Assembly: GCA_964570695.1 (NCBI GenBank)
Contig: CAZNAE010000001.1
Coordinates: forward strand, 8,290-72,289
Reading direction: 5' to 3'
DNA from: an uncultured Devosia sp.
GTDB lineage: Bacteria > Pseudomonadota > Alphaproteobacteria > Rhizobiales > Devosiaceae
DNA: 64,000 nt
Part shown: positions 41,656 through 51,258 of the stretch, piece by piece
Layout of the letters: every line of letters starts with the position of its first letter
Position numbering within the stretch: the first letter of the stretch is position 1
Notes under the pieces: model-generated
What the model was told of the DNA's origin: nothing
Database searches by the model: none
What the model saw: the letters and a program-made list of their open reading frames with translations, nothing else
Made by a program: the position numbers and the translations under genes

Positions 41656-42297
41656 TCAGGCCGCCTCTTCCAGCGCCTTGGCCAGCGCCATGCCGAACAC
41701 TTCCTGTGGTTGCGCCCCCGATAGCGCGAATTTGTTGTCGAAGATGAAGAACGGCACGCCCTGGATACCCTGCTGCGCCGCGGCGGTGGCGAGCTCGTGC
41801 GAGATCGCCAGCTCGCCGGCGTCGCGCATCTTGCTCAAGGCTTCCTCGCGCGTAAAACCGTAGCCGGTCGCGATCTCGGCGAGCACCTCGTCGTCGTTCA
41901 CCTGCTTGTGGTCGAGGAAGTAGGCAGCGGCGATTGCGTTGGCGAGCGCGTGCTGCGTGCCCTTATCGTGGGCCAGCCGGATCAGCGTGTGCGCCTTCTG
42001 CGTCGGAAAGCTCCGCGGCTGGCGGCCGAGATCGAGATCGATGCCGGCCTTCTTCGCCTCGCCCTCGACGCGCGCCCACATATCCTTCGGCTCGCGCCCA
42101 TATTTCTTGCGCAGCATCTCGGCCACGTCATAGCCCTCCGGCGGCGTGTTCGGATCGAGATAGAACGGATGGTTCTCGACCTCCACCGCCACGTCCGCCG
42201 GCAGCGCCGCAATCGCCTTGTCCAGCCGCACCGAGCCGACGAGGCACCAAGGGCAAACGATATCGGTGAAGAGGTCGACTTTGAGCGTACGGGACAT
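41656..42297 (-). CDS. DsbA-family (FrnE-like) oxidoreductase
   Basis: DIVCPWC active site, GVPFF cis-Pro loop, SGAQP; no signal peptide. Confidence 0.92.
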   Translation of the reverse strand: MSRTLKVDLFTDIVCPWCLVGSVRLDKAIAALPADVAVEVENHPFYLDPNTPPEGYDVAEMLRKKYGREPKDMWARVEGEAKKAGIDLDLGRQPRSFPTQKAHTLIRLAHDKGTQHALANAIAAAYFLDHKQVNDDEVLAEIATGYGFTREEALSKMRDAGELAISHELATAAAQQGIQGVPFFIFDNKFALSGAQPQEVFGMALAKALEEAA

Positions 42298-42392
42298 GAC
42301 AAATCCAGAGCGGGAGACCCCGCCAATCTGGGCACGGGTCCCCCGCTCCGCAAGCAGGCACAGCGTTGTGAGTTAGAACGACGGAACCGTGC

Positions 42393-42794
42393 TCAGTTGA
42401 ACGCGAACACTGCCGCGATCACCACGCCGAGCAGCGACAGCCGGGTGATCCACCCCATGACGCCCGGATTGACCCGGCCCCGCGCCACCTGGCTGACGAT
42501 CATCGCCCCGATGATCACCGCCACCAGCGCCATCCTGACCCAGAACCACGCCCCGAGCCCGTCGACGCCGCCATAGCGCAGCCAGACCATCAAGACACCG
42601 GTGACCACCAGAACGCCGACCGCAATCCGCGCATTGAAGCCAAAACGCGCGGCGATCCCGCCCAGCATTTGCCGGCCCTCGGGCGTGGCGCCAGCCATCC
42701 GGCTCATCACGATCGGCGCGCCGATCGCCGACGTGGCGCCGAGGCCGAGGGCGCCCAAATGGCAAATGAGGAGAATATTGAAGAGGACGTCCAT
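42393..42794 (-). CDS. Four-TM hypothetical membrane protein, putative SoxR target
   Basis: Four hydrophobic helices, His in TM1, WFWVR motif; GGAG RBS; SoxR-box promoter upstream. Confidence 0.75.
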   Translation of the reverse strand: MDVLFNILLICHLGALGLGATSAIGAPIVMSRMAGATPEGRQMLGGIAARFGFNARIAVGVLVVTGVLMVWLRYGGVDGLGAWFWVRMALVAVIIGAMIVSQVARGRVNPGVMGWITRLSLLGVVIAAVFAFN

Positions 42795-42845
42795 ATCGAG
42801 TGCTCCATCGCGCGGCGTTTGCCTCGCAGTGGTCGGCTTGCTACA

Positions 42846-42865
42846 ACCTCAACATTAGTTGAGGT
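42846..42865. promoter_or_regulatory. SoxR box within a MerR-type 19-bp-spacer promoter
   Basis: ACCTCAAC-ATTA-GTTGAGGT palindrome; minus strand TTGACC-N19-TAGCAA. Confidence 0.88.
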
Positions 42866-42877
42866 CAAGGACTTTCG

Positions 42878-43321
42878 GTGATCGCGCAGACGCTGAGTGT
42901 GGGTGAGGTTGCCAAGCGGGCTGGCGTCACCGTGTCGACCCTGCATTTCTACGAGCGGCAGGGCTTGATCCGCTCGCGTCGGACCTCGGGCAACCAGCGC
43001 CGCTACGATCGCGACGTGCTGCGCCGAGTCGCGATCATCCGCGTCGCGCAGGATGTTGGGGTATCGCTAGCCGAAGTTGGCGCCGGGCTCGCGACGCTGC
43101 CGGATGGCCGCACGCCCAACCGGGATGACTGGGCGCGCCTCTCGAGCGGCTGGGCCGCAGCCATCGATCACCGCATCGCTCTGCTGCAGCGCCTGCGCGA
43201 CGGCCTCAGCGACTGCATCGGCTGCGGCTGCCTGTCGCTCGAGCACTGCCCGATCCGCAACCCCGCCGACCGCCTCGGCCAACAGGGCCCCGGTCCACGT
43301 CGATTGCTCGGGCTGGCCTAG
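42878..43321 (+). CDS. soxR: Redox-sensitive transcriptional activator SoxR
   Basis: MerR HTH (LHFYE, RTSGNQRRY) and [2Fe-2S] motif CIGCGCLSLEHC. Confidence 0.97.
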   Translation: MIAQTLSVGEVAKRAGVTVSTLHFYERQGLIRSRRTSGNQRRYDRDVLRRVAIIRVAQDVGVSLAEVGAGLATLPDGRTPNRDDWARLSSGWAAAIDHRIALLQRLRDGLSDCIGCGCLSLEHCPIRNPADRLGQQGPGPRRLLGLA

Positions 43322-44409
43322 GCGACCGCCAGGGCGCGCCGCGGCTGGCGGCGCCGGCGCGGCCGCAGCGCCCTCGCGACGAACCGCGCCGTCCGCCCTG
43401 TGGTCCGCGTCAGGAACAGCGCGAAGCCGATCAGCCAAAGCAGCGCGCCGAGCGCCCAACCGCTCAGGGTCAGCAGCACATCGGCGAGCCGCAGCGCGCC
43501 ATGCCCCAGCATGGTCATCACGCCGAGGAAGCGGTCCTTGTATTTGGCCGACATCTTGGCCAGCGCCTTGACGTCCCTGGCGTCGTCCGCCGCCTCGGCG
43601 CTGAGCTTCATCGCCCGTACCCCGCCGACGCTGCCGATCGTGCCAAAATCGGTCGCGAGATCGCTCACCATCGCGAGGCTCTTCGGCTTGAACAGCCGCG
43701 CCAGCGGCGCCTGCATCTCGCCGAACCGCAACTCGCGCCCGAGATTCATGGCCTCCCCGAGCGCCGCAGTATCGACGGTCCGCGCCAGCGCCAGCCCGAT
43801 CTCCCCAGTGAGTTTTGGCGGCAGCTTGCCAAGCTTGCTCATCGCTTTGATGAACGACGCACCGGCCCGCACCGGCAGCGCGCCGCCAAGACTCGCGACC
43901 GTCGCCGCCGTCAGCGTCAGCCCCACCGTCGCAATGCCGAGCGTGAAATAATTGACCGACTTGCCCTGCACATAGTTGCTGCCTTCGCCGACGAGGTCGC
44001 GCACATCGCCGATACCGGTGACGTCGGTCGCGAGCACGCAGGCAAAGCCCGCTTCGCTGTCGAAGTCGCCGTTCACAACACACGACCAGCCCTGCTGCAG
44101 CACATTGCCGAGATTGACCGCCGGGAGCGCCGCGAGCCGCTGCTCGAGCACCGGCGCGACGATAATCCCCTGGTCCTTCGCCAGCGCCATCAGCGAGCGC
44201 GCCAGATCGCCGTCGCCGCGATCCATCGCGGTGCTGATCGCCGCCTCGTATTGCGCCGGCGGGATCGACTTCAGCCGGTAGTCGGCAATGGCGCCTTGCC
44301 CCGCGAGCGCCAGTGCGCGGATCGCCAGAAAGGCATTCGGCGACAGCACCAGTCCCAACAGAAACAGCGTTGTCGCCACCGACCGCCCGATCGCCCTCAG
44401 CAGGTACAC
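43318..44409 (-). CDS. Hypothetical membrane protein
   Basis: 363-aa ORF with host-like codon usage, N- and C-terminal hydrophobic segments and an Arg-rich tail. Confidence 0.7.
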   Translation of the reverse strand: MYLLRAIGRSVATTLFLLGLVLSPNAFLAIRALALAGQGAIADYRLKSIPPAQYEAAISTAMDRGDGDLARSLMALAKDQGIIVAPVLEQRLAALPAVNLGNVLQQGWSCVVNGDFDSEAGFACVLATDVTGIGDVRDLVGEGSNYVQGKSVNYFTLGIATVGLTLTAATVASLGGALPVRAGASFIKAMSKLGKLPPKLTGEIGLALARTVDTAALGEAMNLGRELRFGEMQAPLARLFKPKSLAMVSDLATDFGTIGSVGGVRAMKLSAEAADDARDVKALAKMSAKYKDRFLGVMTMLGHGALRLADVLLTLSGWALGALLWLIGFALFLTRTTGRTARFVARALRPRRRRQPRRALAVA

Positions 44410-44499
44410 GCCTCTCCACCCCGCCGCTGCAGGCGGCGTCCTTCAGATGGGAGGTGCAATGCCCAAACAAAAGGGCGGCGCGAAGGCAGCCGCGCCGGT

Positions 44500-45243
44500 T
44501 TACGCCACGAACGCGTCGATCAGCGCGAATGTCTCCTGCGGCCGCTCGAGCTGCGGCAGGTGGCCGGCGCGGGCGATGAGTTCGAACCGCCCCTTCGGCA
44601 GTGCCGCCGCGAGCGCCCGGCCATAAACCGGTGTCGCGATGCGGTCGCTCTCGCCCCACAGCACCAGCACCGGGATCTCGACCTGCCCAAGCCGACGCAG
44701 CAGTTTCGGATCGAACATCAGCGTCCCAGCGACGATCTTCAGTGTCGCGATATTACCGCGGATCAGTGCCATGCGCTCCGGTGGCAATGTCGCGGGATCG
44801 ACGAAGAACCTGTCCGGCTCGTGATACGAATGCTCGGCGACGCCGCGCGGGGTCAGCGCGAAGAAATCGACGATCTTTTCGCCGGGCACCTCGACGCCAA
44901 CTCCGTCGACGATCGTCAGTCTGCCGATCAGCCCGGCGGTGTCGCGGACCGCCATCTCCAGCGCGATCCAGCCGCCCATCGATGAGCCGACCACCGTCAC
45001 GTCGCGCAATCCGCGCTCCTTCAGCAGCCGCAGATAGAGCATCGCCAGATCGTCGACGCCACTGAGCCAGTCCGGCCGCGCCGTGCCGTTCCAGCCCGGA
45101 TGCGTCGGCGTGAGCACATGCGCGCCTTGCGCCAGATGCGCAGCAAGACCCGCGATCGTCACCGGCCCGCCGCCGCCATGCAGCATCAGAATTGGCTTGC
45201 CGCTGCCCTGCCCGTCCAGCTTCAGTTCCACATCCCCGGCCAT
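44500..45243 (-). CDS. Alpha/beta hydrolase
   Basis: LHGGGG oxyanion motif, GSSMGG nucleophile, WGESD, AGHLP. Confidence 0.92.
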   Translation of the reverse strand: MAGDVELKLDGQGSGKPILMLHGGGGPVTIAGLAAHLAQGAHVLTPTHPGWNGTARPDWLSGVDDLAMLYLRLLKERGLRDVTVVGSSMGGWIALEMAVRDTAGLIGRLTIVDGVGVEVPGEKIVDFFALTPRGVAEHSYHEPDRFFVDPATLPPERMALIRGNIATLKIVAGTLMFDPKLLRRLGQVEIPVLVLWGESDRIATPVYGRALAAALPKGRFELIARAGHLPQLERPQETFALIDAFVA

Positions 45244-45262
45244 CCGCAGCTCTTTTCTCAAC

Positions 45263-45292
45263 ATGTTGATATCAACATATTGATATCAGCAT
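45263..45292. promoter_or_regulatory. Tandem MarR-type operator palindromes
   Basis: ATGTTGATATCAACAT (perfect) overlapping ATATTGATATCAGCAT between the divergent hydrolase and marR genes. Confidence 0.7.
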
Positions 45293-45328
45293 GTTTACAT
45301 GTCAAGCCCGCATGGTTATGGTGCCGCC

Positions 45329-45799
45329 ATGGATCATGAACTCGAACGGCTGGGCCGAGCGGTCAAGCAGGCGCAACACCGCCAGCACCGCGCCGCTGAT
45401 GCGGCGCTGAACGCCATTGGCACGACGCTGGTGCAATGGGATGCACTGCGCGCCATCGCGGCGGTGCCTGGCGCCTCGGCGCATCAACTAGCGCTCGCCA
45501 CCTTCCAGACCGACCAGGCCTTCGGCACCCTTGCCAACCGGCTTGAAGCGCAGCAGCTGATCGTCCGCAAGAGCGGCGAAGGCCGCCGCATCGAGCACCG
45601 GCTCAGCCCCAAGGGCGAGCATGTCCTCGCCGAGGGCAACATCGTCACCAACCGCATCCGAGCCGAACTCTACGCGTCGATCTCGAAAGCCGACCGCCGC
45701 ACCCTCGCCGCCCTCCTCCACCGCATCCTGGTCGATGACGTGGCCGCGCTCGATTTGCCCGCCACAAACAGAAAGGGCCGCTCGAAAGCGGCCCCTTGA
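45329..45799 (+). CDS. MarR-family transcriptional regulator
   Basis: G.TLVQW..L, wHTH with RLE...LI.R...GRR....LSPKG; TTTACA-N17-TATGGT ends 6 nt before the ATG (likely leaderless). Confidence 0.88.
   Translation: MDHELERLGRAVKQAQHRQHRAADAALNAIGTTLVQWDALRAIAAVPGASAHQLALATFQTDQAFGTLANRLEAQQLIVRKSGEGRRIEHRLSPKGEHVLAEGNIVTNRIRAELYASISKADRRTLAALLHRILVDDVAALDLPATNRKGRSKAAP
45772..45797 (-). terminator. Intrinsic terminator after pntB (overlaps marR 3' end)
   Basis: Minus strand GGGGCCGCT-TTCG-AGCGGCCCT-TT. Confidence 0.65.
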
Positions 45800-45815
45800 C
45801 GCCTCTGCGCAGAGC

Positions 45816-47219
45816 TCAGTGCCCCAGCGCCTTCACAATATCTTCCGTCATCTTCTTGGCGTCGCCGAACAGCATCATCGTGTTGTCGCGGAAGAACAGC
45901 TCGTTCTGCACGCCCGCGTAACCAGCAGCCATGCCGCGCTTGATGAAGAGCACCGTTCCAGCGTCCTCGACGTTGAGCACCGGCATGCCGTAGATCGGCG
46001 AGGTCTTGTCGGTCTTGGCCGCCGGGTTGGTCACGTCGTTGGCGCCGATGACGAACGCCACGTCGGCCTGCGCGAACTCCGAGTTGATGTCCTCGAGCTC
46101 GAACACTTCGTCGTAGGGCACATTGGCTTCCGCCAACAGCACGTTCATATGCCCCGGCATGCGACCCGCCACCGGATGGATGGCGTACTTCACCTCGACG
46201 CCTTCCTTCTTCAGCAGATCGGCCATCTCGCGCACCGCATGCTGCGCCTGGCTCACGGCCATGCCATAGCCCGGCACGATGATGACCTTGCCGGCGTTCT
46301 TCATCATGAACGCCGCGTCCTCTGCCGAGCCCTGCTTCACCGGGCGCGTCTCTTCCTCGCCGGAAGCCGCCGCGGTGTCGCCGCCAAAGCCTCCGAGGAT
46401 GACCGAGATGAAGCTGCGGTTCATCGCCTTGCACATGATGTAGCTGAGGATCGCGCCTGACGAACCTACCAGCGCGCCGGTGATGATCAGCGCCGTATTG
46501 CCCAGCGTGAAGCCGATGCCCGCCGCTGCCCAGCCGGAGTAGCTATTGAGCATCGAGACGACCACCGGCATGTCGGCGCCCCCGATCGGGATGATCATAA
46601 AGCCGCCGAGCGCCAGCGCCACGATGGTGATCAGCCAGAACGCGACCGGGTTGCCGCTCATGGCGAACCAGACGATCAGCGCGACAAGGATCACGCCGAG
46701 CGCGATGTGCAGCAGATGCCGCATCGGCAGGATGATCGGCTTGCCGCTCATGTTGCCATTGAGCTTGGCGAAGGCGATCACCGAGCCGGTGAAGGTGAAG
46801 GCACCGACCGCGACGCCGATCGACATTTCGATCAACGCCTCGAGATGGATGCCGCTTGCGTCGCCGATGCCGAACGCCTGGGGCGCATAGAGCGCGCCCG
46901 CCGCGACGAACACTGCCGCAAGGCCGACCAGCGAGTGGAACGCCGCGACGAGCTGCGGCATGTCCGTCATCTTGATGGTGCGCGCCATGTAGGCGCCGAT
47001 GCCGCCGCCGATGGCGATGCCGCCGATGATCAGCACCCAGCTCAGCCAGTCCGACACATTGGCCAGCGCCAGCGTGGTGACGATGGCGATCGCCATACCC
47101 ACCATGCCGAAGATGTTGCCCTGCCGCGACGATCGCGGGCTCGAAAGCCCGCGCAGTGCCAGGATGAAGAGGATGCCGGAGACCAGATAGAGGACCGCGG
47201 CGATGTTGGCGTTGATCAC
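45816..47219 (-). CDS. pntB: NAD(P) transhydrogenase subunit beta
   Basis: MPQLVAAFHSLVG, GGADMPVVVSMLNSYSG, HPVAGRMPGHMNVLLAEA. Confidence 0.99.
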   Translation of the reverse strand: MINANIAAVLYLVSGILFILALRGLSSPRSSRQGNIFGMVGMAIAIVTTLALANVSDWLSWVLIIGGIAIGGGIGAYMARTIKMTDMPQLVAAFHSLVGLAAVFVAAGALYAPQAFGIGDASGIHLEALIEMSIGVAVGAFTFTGSVIAFAKLNGNMSGKPIILPMRHLLHIALGVILVALIVWFAMSGNPVAFWLITIVALALGGFMIIPIGGADMPVVVSMLNSYSGWAAAGIGFTLGNTALIITGALVGSSGAILSYIMCKAMNRSFISVILGGFGGDTAAASGEEETRPVKQGSAEDAAFMMKNAGKVIIVPGYGMAVSQAQHAVREMADLLKKEGVEVKYAIHPVAGRMPGHMNVLLAEANVPYDEVFELEDINSEFAQADVAFVIGANDVTNPAAKTDKTSPIYGMPVLNVEDAGTVLFIKRGMAAGYAGVQNELFFRDNTMMLFGDAKKMTEDIVKALGH

Positions 47220-47223
47220 GGTG

Positions 47224-47526
47224 TCAGCCCTTCTTCTTGTACATCGCCAGCATGCGCTGGGTGACGAGGAAGCCGCCGAAGATGTTCACGCTGGCAAACA
47301 CCAGCGCGATGAAGCCAAAGACCTTGCTGACCCAATTGGCGTCGGCCGCAAGGTGCGTCCCCACCGCCAGGAGCGCGCCGACCACGATCACGGAGGAGAT
47401 CGCGTTGGTGACGCTCATAAGCGGCGTGTGCAGCGCCGGTGTTACCGACCAGACGACGAAATAGCCCACGAAGATCGCGAGCACGAAGATGGCGAGGCGG
47501 AAGGTAAAGGGATCGATCAGTTCCAT
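47224..47526 (-). CDS. pntAB: NAD(P) transhydrogenase subunit alpha, part 2 (membrane)
   Basis: [30 protein letters not shown]. Confidence 0.96.
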   Translation of the reverse strand: MELIDPFTFRLAIFVLAIFVGYFVVWSVTPALHTPLMSVTNAISSVIVVGALLAVGTHLAADANWVSKVFGFIALVFASVNIFGGFLVTQRMLAMYKKKG

Positions 47527-47538
47527 ATCCGTATCTCC

Positions 47539-48681
47539 TCAGGCCGTCGCCGCGCCGGGCAGCTTGATGTTGGGGTGAACGATGGCGCCGTCCTTGGTCA
47601 GCACCGTCGCCTTCACCAGCTCGTCGTCCCAGTTCACCGCGAAGGCTTTCGTCTTCTTGTCGAACATCGTTTCAAGGAAGGCGTAGAGGTTGCGTGCAAA
47701 GAGCTGGCTGGCGGATGTCGCGAGCCGCGCCGGCACGTTGGTGTAGCCGATGATGGTGACGCCATTGGCGGTCGTCACGATCTCGTTGGGCTTGGTGAGC
47801 TCGACATTGCCGCCGCGCTCGGCCGCGAGGTCGACGATTACCGAACCGGGAAGCATCGACTCGACCATCGCCTTGGTGACAAGTTTCGGCGCCGGCCGGC
47901 CGGGGATCAGCGCCGTGGTGATGACGATATCCTGCTTGGCGATGTGGCTGGCGGTGAGTTCGGCCTGCGCCGCCTTCTCGTCCGCCGTCAGTTCGCGCGC
48001 ATAGCCGCCGGTGCCCGAGGCATCCTTCAGCGCATCGGTCATGATGAACTTGGCGCCGAGCGACTCGACCTGCTCGCCCGCCGCGGCGCGTACGTCCGTG
48101 GCGCTGACGACCGCGCCGAGACGCTTCGCCGTGGCGATCGCCTGGAGGCCCGCAACGCCGGCGCCCATCACGAAGACCTTCGCCGGCCGCACCGTGCCGG
48201 CCGCCGTCATCATCATCGGGAAGGCGCGCTCGAACGTCACCGCGGCATCGAGCACGCCCTGGTAGCCGGCGAGGTTCGCCTGGCTCGAGAGGATGTCCAT
48301 CACCTGCGCGCGGGTAATGCGTGGCATGAACTCCATCGCCACCGTCGTCACACCCATCCGCGCCAGCGCGTCGATCTCGCCTTCATTGCCGTAGGGATCC
48401 ATCGATCCGATCACCAGCGCGCCCTTGGCGGCGCCGATCAGCACATCGACCGTCGGCCGCCGCACCGTCAGGACGATCTCGGCATCCTTGATCGCATCGG
48501 CCGCGGTAGTCACCGTCGCACCGGCTTTCGCGTAATCCGCGTCGGGGAACCGCGCCAGCGCGCCGGCGCCCGCTTCGATCGACACCGTCGCGCCGAGCCC
48601 GACGAGCTTGCCCACGGTTTCAGGCGTGGCCGCCACGCGGGTTTCCCCGTCGGCGCGCTCGCGGACGATTGCAATCTTCAT
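47539..48681 (-). CDS. pntAA: NAD(P) transhydrogenase subunit alpha, part 1 (NAD-binding)
   Basis: ETRVAATP, PRITRAQ, GAGVAGL, TTALIPGRPAP. Confidence 0.97.
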   Translation of the reverse strand: MKIAIVRERADGETRVAATPETVGKLVGLGATVSIEAGAGALARFPDADYAKAGATVTTAADAIKDAEIVLTVRRPTVDVLIGAAKGALVIGSMDPYGNEGEIDALARMGVTTVAMEFMPRITRAQVMDILSSQANLAGYQGVLDAAVTFERAFPMMMTAAGTVRPAKVFVMGAGVAGLQAIATAKRLGAVVSATDVRAAAGEQVESLGAKFIMTDALKDASGTGGYARELTADEKAAQAELTASHIAKQDIVITTALIPGRPAPKLVTKAMVESMLPGSVIVDLAAERGGNVELTKPNEIVTTANGVTIIGYTNVPARLATSASQLFARNLYAFLETMFDKKTKAFAVNWDDELVKATVLTKDGAIVHPNIKLPGAATA

Positions 48682-48752
48682 TGAGGTCTCCCGATCGTCT
48701 GCCGCAGCGGCTCAGCAGCCGGCGGAACCGAACGCGTTGGATACTAACTCGG

Positions 48753-49001
48753 TCAGCGCGCCGGTCTGAAGAAGCGCGCCGCGATGGGCCAGACGAGGCC
48801 GATGATGATCAGCAGCACGCCGAGCACCGGGACGCCGGCGATAATGCTCGAATAGAGACCGAGAACGATGAAGGCCAGCTGGATGATCGAGGCCTTCACC
48901 AGATTGGTGAACCCCTCCCAGGTCTTCTCATGCTGGGCGTAGTCCATCGCCTCATGCATCTCGTCGGCTTCCTGCATGTCGATCGCAGTTTCGTCTCTCA
49001 T
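48753..49001 (-). CDS. aa3-type cytochrome c oxidase subunit IV-like protein
   Basis: MDYAQHEKTWEGF motif followed by a TM helix; upstream of pnt as is common in alphaproteobacteria. Confidence 0.75.
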   Translation of the reverse strand: MRDETAIDMQEADEMHEAMDYAQHEKTWEGFTNLVKASIIQLAFIVLGLYSSIIAGVPVLGVLLIIIGLVWPIAARFFRPAR

Positions 49002-49016
49002 GGCATCCTCAGTGGT

Positions 49017-50843
49017 TCAGTTGGGATCGGCCGCGTCCAGCTCGCCGATCAGGCGTTCGATCATGGATAGTCCCAGCGACCAGAAATTCGGATCGCGCGC
49101 ATCGAGCCCGAAGGGCTTGAGCAGCTCGGAGTGGTGCTTGGACCCCCCGGCCTTCAGCAGCTCGAAATAGCGCTCGGCGAACCCGTCGCTGGCCCTCTCA
49201 TACTGGGCGTAGAGCGAGTTCACAAGGCAGTCGCCGAAGGCATACGCATAGACGTAAAACGGCGAGTGGATGAAGTGCGGAATGTAGGACCAGAAGATAC
49301 CGTATCCGTCATTGAGCTTCACCCCCGGCCCGAGGCTTTCTGTCGAAACGTCGAGCCAGATCTGGTTGAGCTGCTCCGTGGTCAGTTCCCCGGCCTTGCG
49401 GGCGGTATGGACCTGCCGCTCGAAGGTATAGAACGCAATCTGGCGCACCACCGTATTGAGCATATCCTCGACCTTGCTCGACAGCATGGCGAAGCGGTGC
49501 TTCTTGTCGGCGGTCTTCTCCAGCATCGAGCGGAACGTCAGCATCTCGCCGAACACGCTCGCCGTCTCGGCCAGCGTCAGCGGCGTATTGCTGAGGATCG
49601 AGCCCTGCGGCCCGGCCAGCACCTGGTGCACGCCATGCCCGAGCTCATGCGCCAAAGTCATCACGTCGCGCGGTTTGCCGAGGTAGTTGAGCATCAGATA
49701 CGGGTGCGCCGACGGTACCGTCGGGTGCGCAAAAGCGCCGGACGCCTTGCCCTCGCGCACCGGCGCATCGATCCAGCCGCCATGGAAGAACGGCTCGGCG
49801 ACTTCCCTGAGCTTCGGCGAAAACCGCCCGTACGCGTCGAGCACCGTGCCCTTGGCGCTCTCCCAGTCGAAAGTGCGCTCGTCGCTGGTCGGCAGCGGCG
49901 CATTGCGGTCCCAGGCATTGAGCTGCGCCTTGCCGAACCACTTGGCCTTCATCTGGTAGTAGCGATGGCTGAGCCGCGGATAGGCGGCACGCACGGCCGT
50001 CTCCAGCGCATCCACGACCTCACGCTCGACCGAATTGGCCAGATGCCGGCTGTCGGCGATGTCCTTGTAGCCGCGCCAGCGGTCGGAGATTTCCTTGTCC
50101 TTGGCCAGGACGTTGGTGATGTGCGTGAACAGCCGCTTGTTGTCGTCGAGCGTCTTGCCGAGCCCGCGGAACGCCGCCTCGCGCTTTTTCTCGTCCATAT
50201 CCGACAAGAGATGCAGCGTGCCCTCGATCGGCAGCGTCTCGCCGTCGACCTCGAACTTCAGCGCCGCCATCGATTCATCGAACAGCCGGTTCCACGCGGA
50301 GACGCCGGTCACCGACTTCTCGTGGAACAACTCCTCGAGCTTGTCGTCGAGCTGGTAGGGTTTTGCCTTGCGCAGTTCGGCAAACCAGTGCCGGTAGCGC
50401 GCCAGATGCTCGTCCATCGTCAGCGCCGCCTCGATGACTTCGTCGTCGATGCGGTTGAGCTCGAGCTCCCAGAACAGCAGCCCGGTCGAGAGGTCGGTCA
50501 GCGCCTGACCGATATCGCCGAGAAACTTGGCCTTCTCGGGATTCTGCGTGTCGAGCGCGTAGCGGAGATAGGAGAACGCTGAGAGCCGCCCGGTGACGTC
50601 ACCGAGCTTTTCCGCCCGGTCGACCGCTTCGTAGAGCCGCCCCGCCTTGGCCAGCGCGTCGAGCTTGCCCTTGTACTCCGCTTCGAAGGCCTTGGCCTCC
50701 GACTTTGCCCAGTCGAGGTCGCGTTTCAGTTCGGGCGAGTCGACGCCGGGATAAAGATCGTCAAAATCCCACTCCGGCAGCGTCCCAAACGCATTGTGCC
50801 CCTTTTGCAGGGGAGCGGCGGGCGCGCGAACAGGATCAATCAT
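49017..50843 (-). CDS. pepF: Oligoendopeptidase F (M3B)
   Basis: LPEWDFDDLY, GKASGAF, TLAHELGHGVH, LAETAS, HFIHSPFYVYAY. Confidence 0.95.
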   Translation of the reverse strand: MIDPVRAPAAPLQKGHNAFGTLPEWDFDDLYPGVDSPELKRDLDWAKSEAKAFEAEYKGKLDALAKAGRLYEAVDRAEKLGDVTGRLSAFSYLRYALDTQNPEKAKFLGDIGQALTDLSTGLLFWELELNRIDDEVIEAALTMDEHLARYRHWFAELRKAKPYQLDDKLEELFHEKSVTGVSAWNRLFDESMAALKFEVDGETLPIEGTLHLLSDMDEKKREAAFRGLGKTLDDNKRLFTHITNVLAKDKEISDRWRGYKDIADSRHLANSVEREVVDALETAVRAAYPRLSHRYYQMKAKWFGKAQLNAWDRNAPLPTSDERTFDWESAKGTVLDAYGRFSPKLREVAEPFFHGGWIDAPVREGKASGAFAHPTVPSAHPYLMLNYLGKPRDVMTLAHELGHGVHQVLAGPQGSILSNTPLTLAETASVFGEMLTFRSMLEKTADKKHRFAMLSSKVEDMLNTVVRQIAFYTFERQVHTARKAGELTTEQLNQIWLDVSTESLGPGVKLNDGYGIFWSYIPHFIHSPFYVYAYAFGDCLVNSLYAQYERASDGFAERYFELLKAGGSKHHSELLKPFGLDARDPNFWSLGLSMIERLIGELDAADPN

Positions 50844-50946
50844 ACGATCAGGCTTTCGTCGGGGTCTTCGGGCGCGGGGACCATATCCAGCACCGAAATC
50901 GATCTCAAGCCGCAGATTTGCCGCTACATAGAGGACATGATACCAC

Positions 50947-50969
50947 GAGGTACTACCTTGGAGTACCTC
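50947..50969. promoter_or_regulatory. Putative TA operator palindrome
   Basis: GAGGTACT-ACCTTGG-AGTACCTC ending 2 nt before the antitoxin ATG. Confidence 0.6.
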
Positions 50970-50971
50970 AG

Positions 50972-51250
50972 ATGGCCCACAGCACCTCGGTCAAACTCGT
51001 CGATGGCCTCAAGGAACGCATCCAGACCATTGCCGAGCGGGAACAGCGCACCGCGAATAAGCTGATGAACGAGGCGATCAGCGAATACGTCGATCGCAAA
51101 GAGCGCCGTGCCGCCTATCTCGCGGAGGTGGAAAAGCGCCACCGCGAACTGCGGGACTCCGGCCTGCATGTCACGCAGGAAGAGGCAGACCGGTGGATCG
51201 AGGGCCTGCTTCGCGGTGAGGGGCCCCCGTTGCCCAAGCCCCACACCTAG
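50972..51250 (+). CDS. CopG/RHH antitoxin
   Basis: STSVKL...LKERI..IA....RT...LM.EAI.EYV; C-terminal GLHVT.EE...W. Confidence 0.85.
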   Translation: MAHSTSVKLVDGLKERIQTIAEREQRTANKLMNEAISEYVDRKERRAAYLAEVEKRHRELRDSGLHVTQEEADRWIEGLLRGEGPPLPKPHT

Positions 51251-51258
51251 GGGCTCCT

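Noticed and set aside
47224-48681. Split pntA as a pseudogene
   Set aside because: The alpha1/alpha2 split is the normal three-subunit transhydrogenase organisation in many alphaproteobacteria
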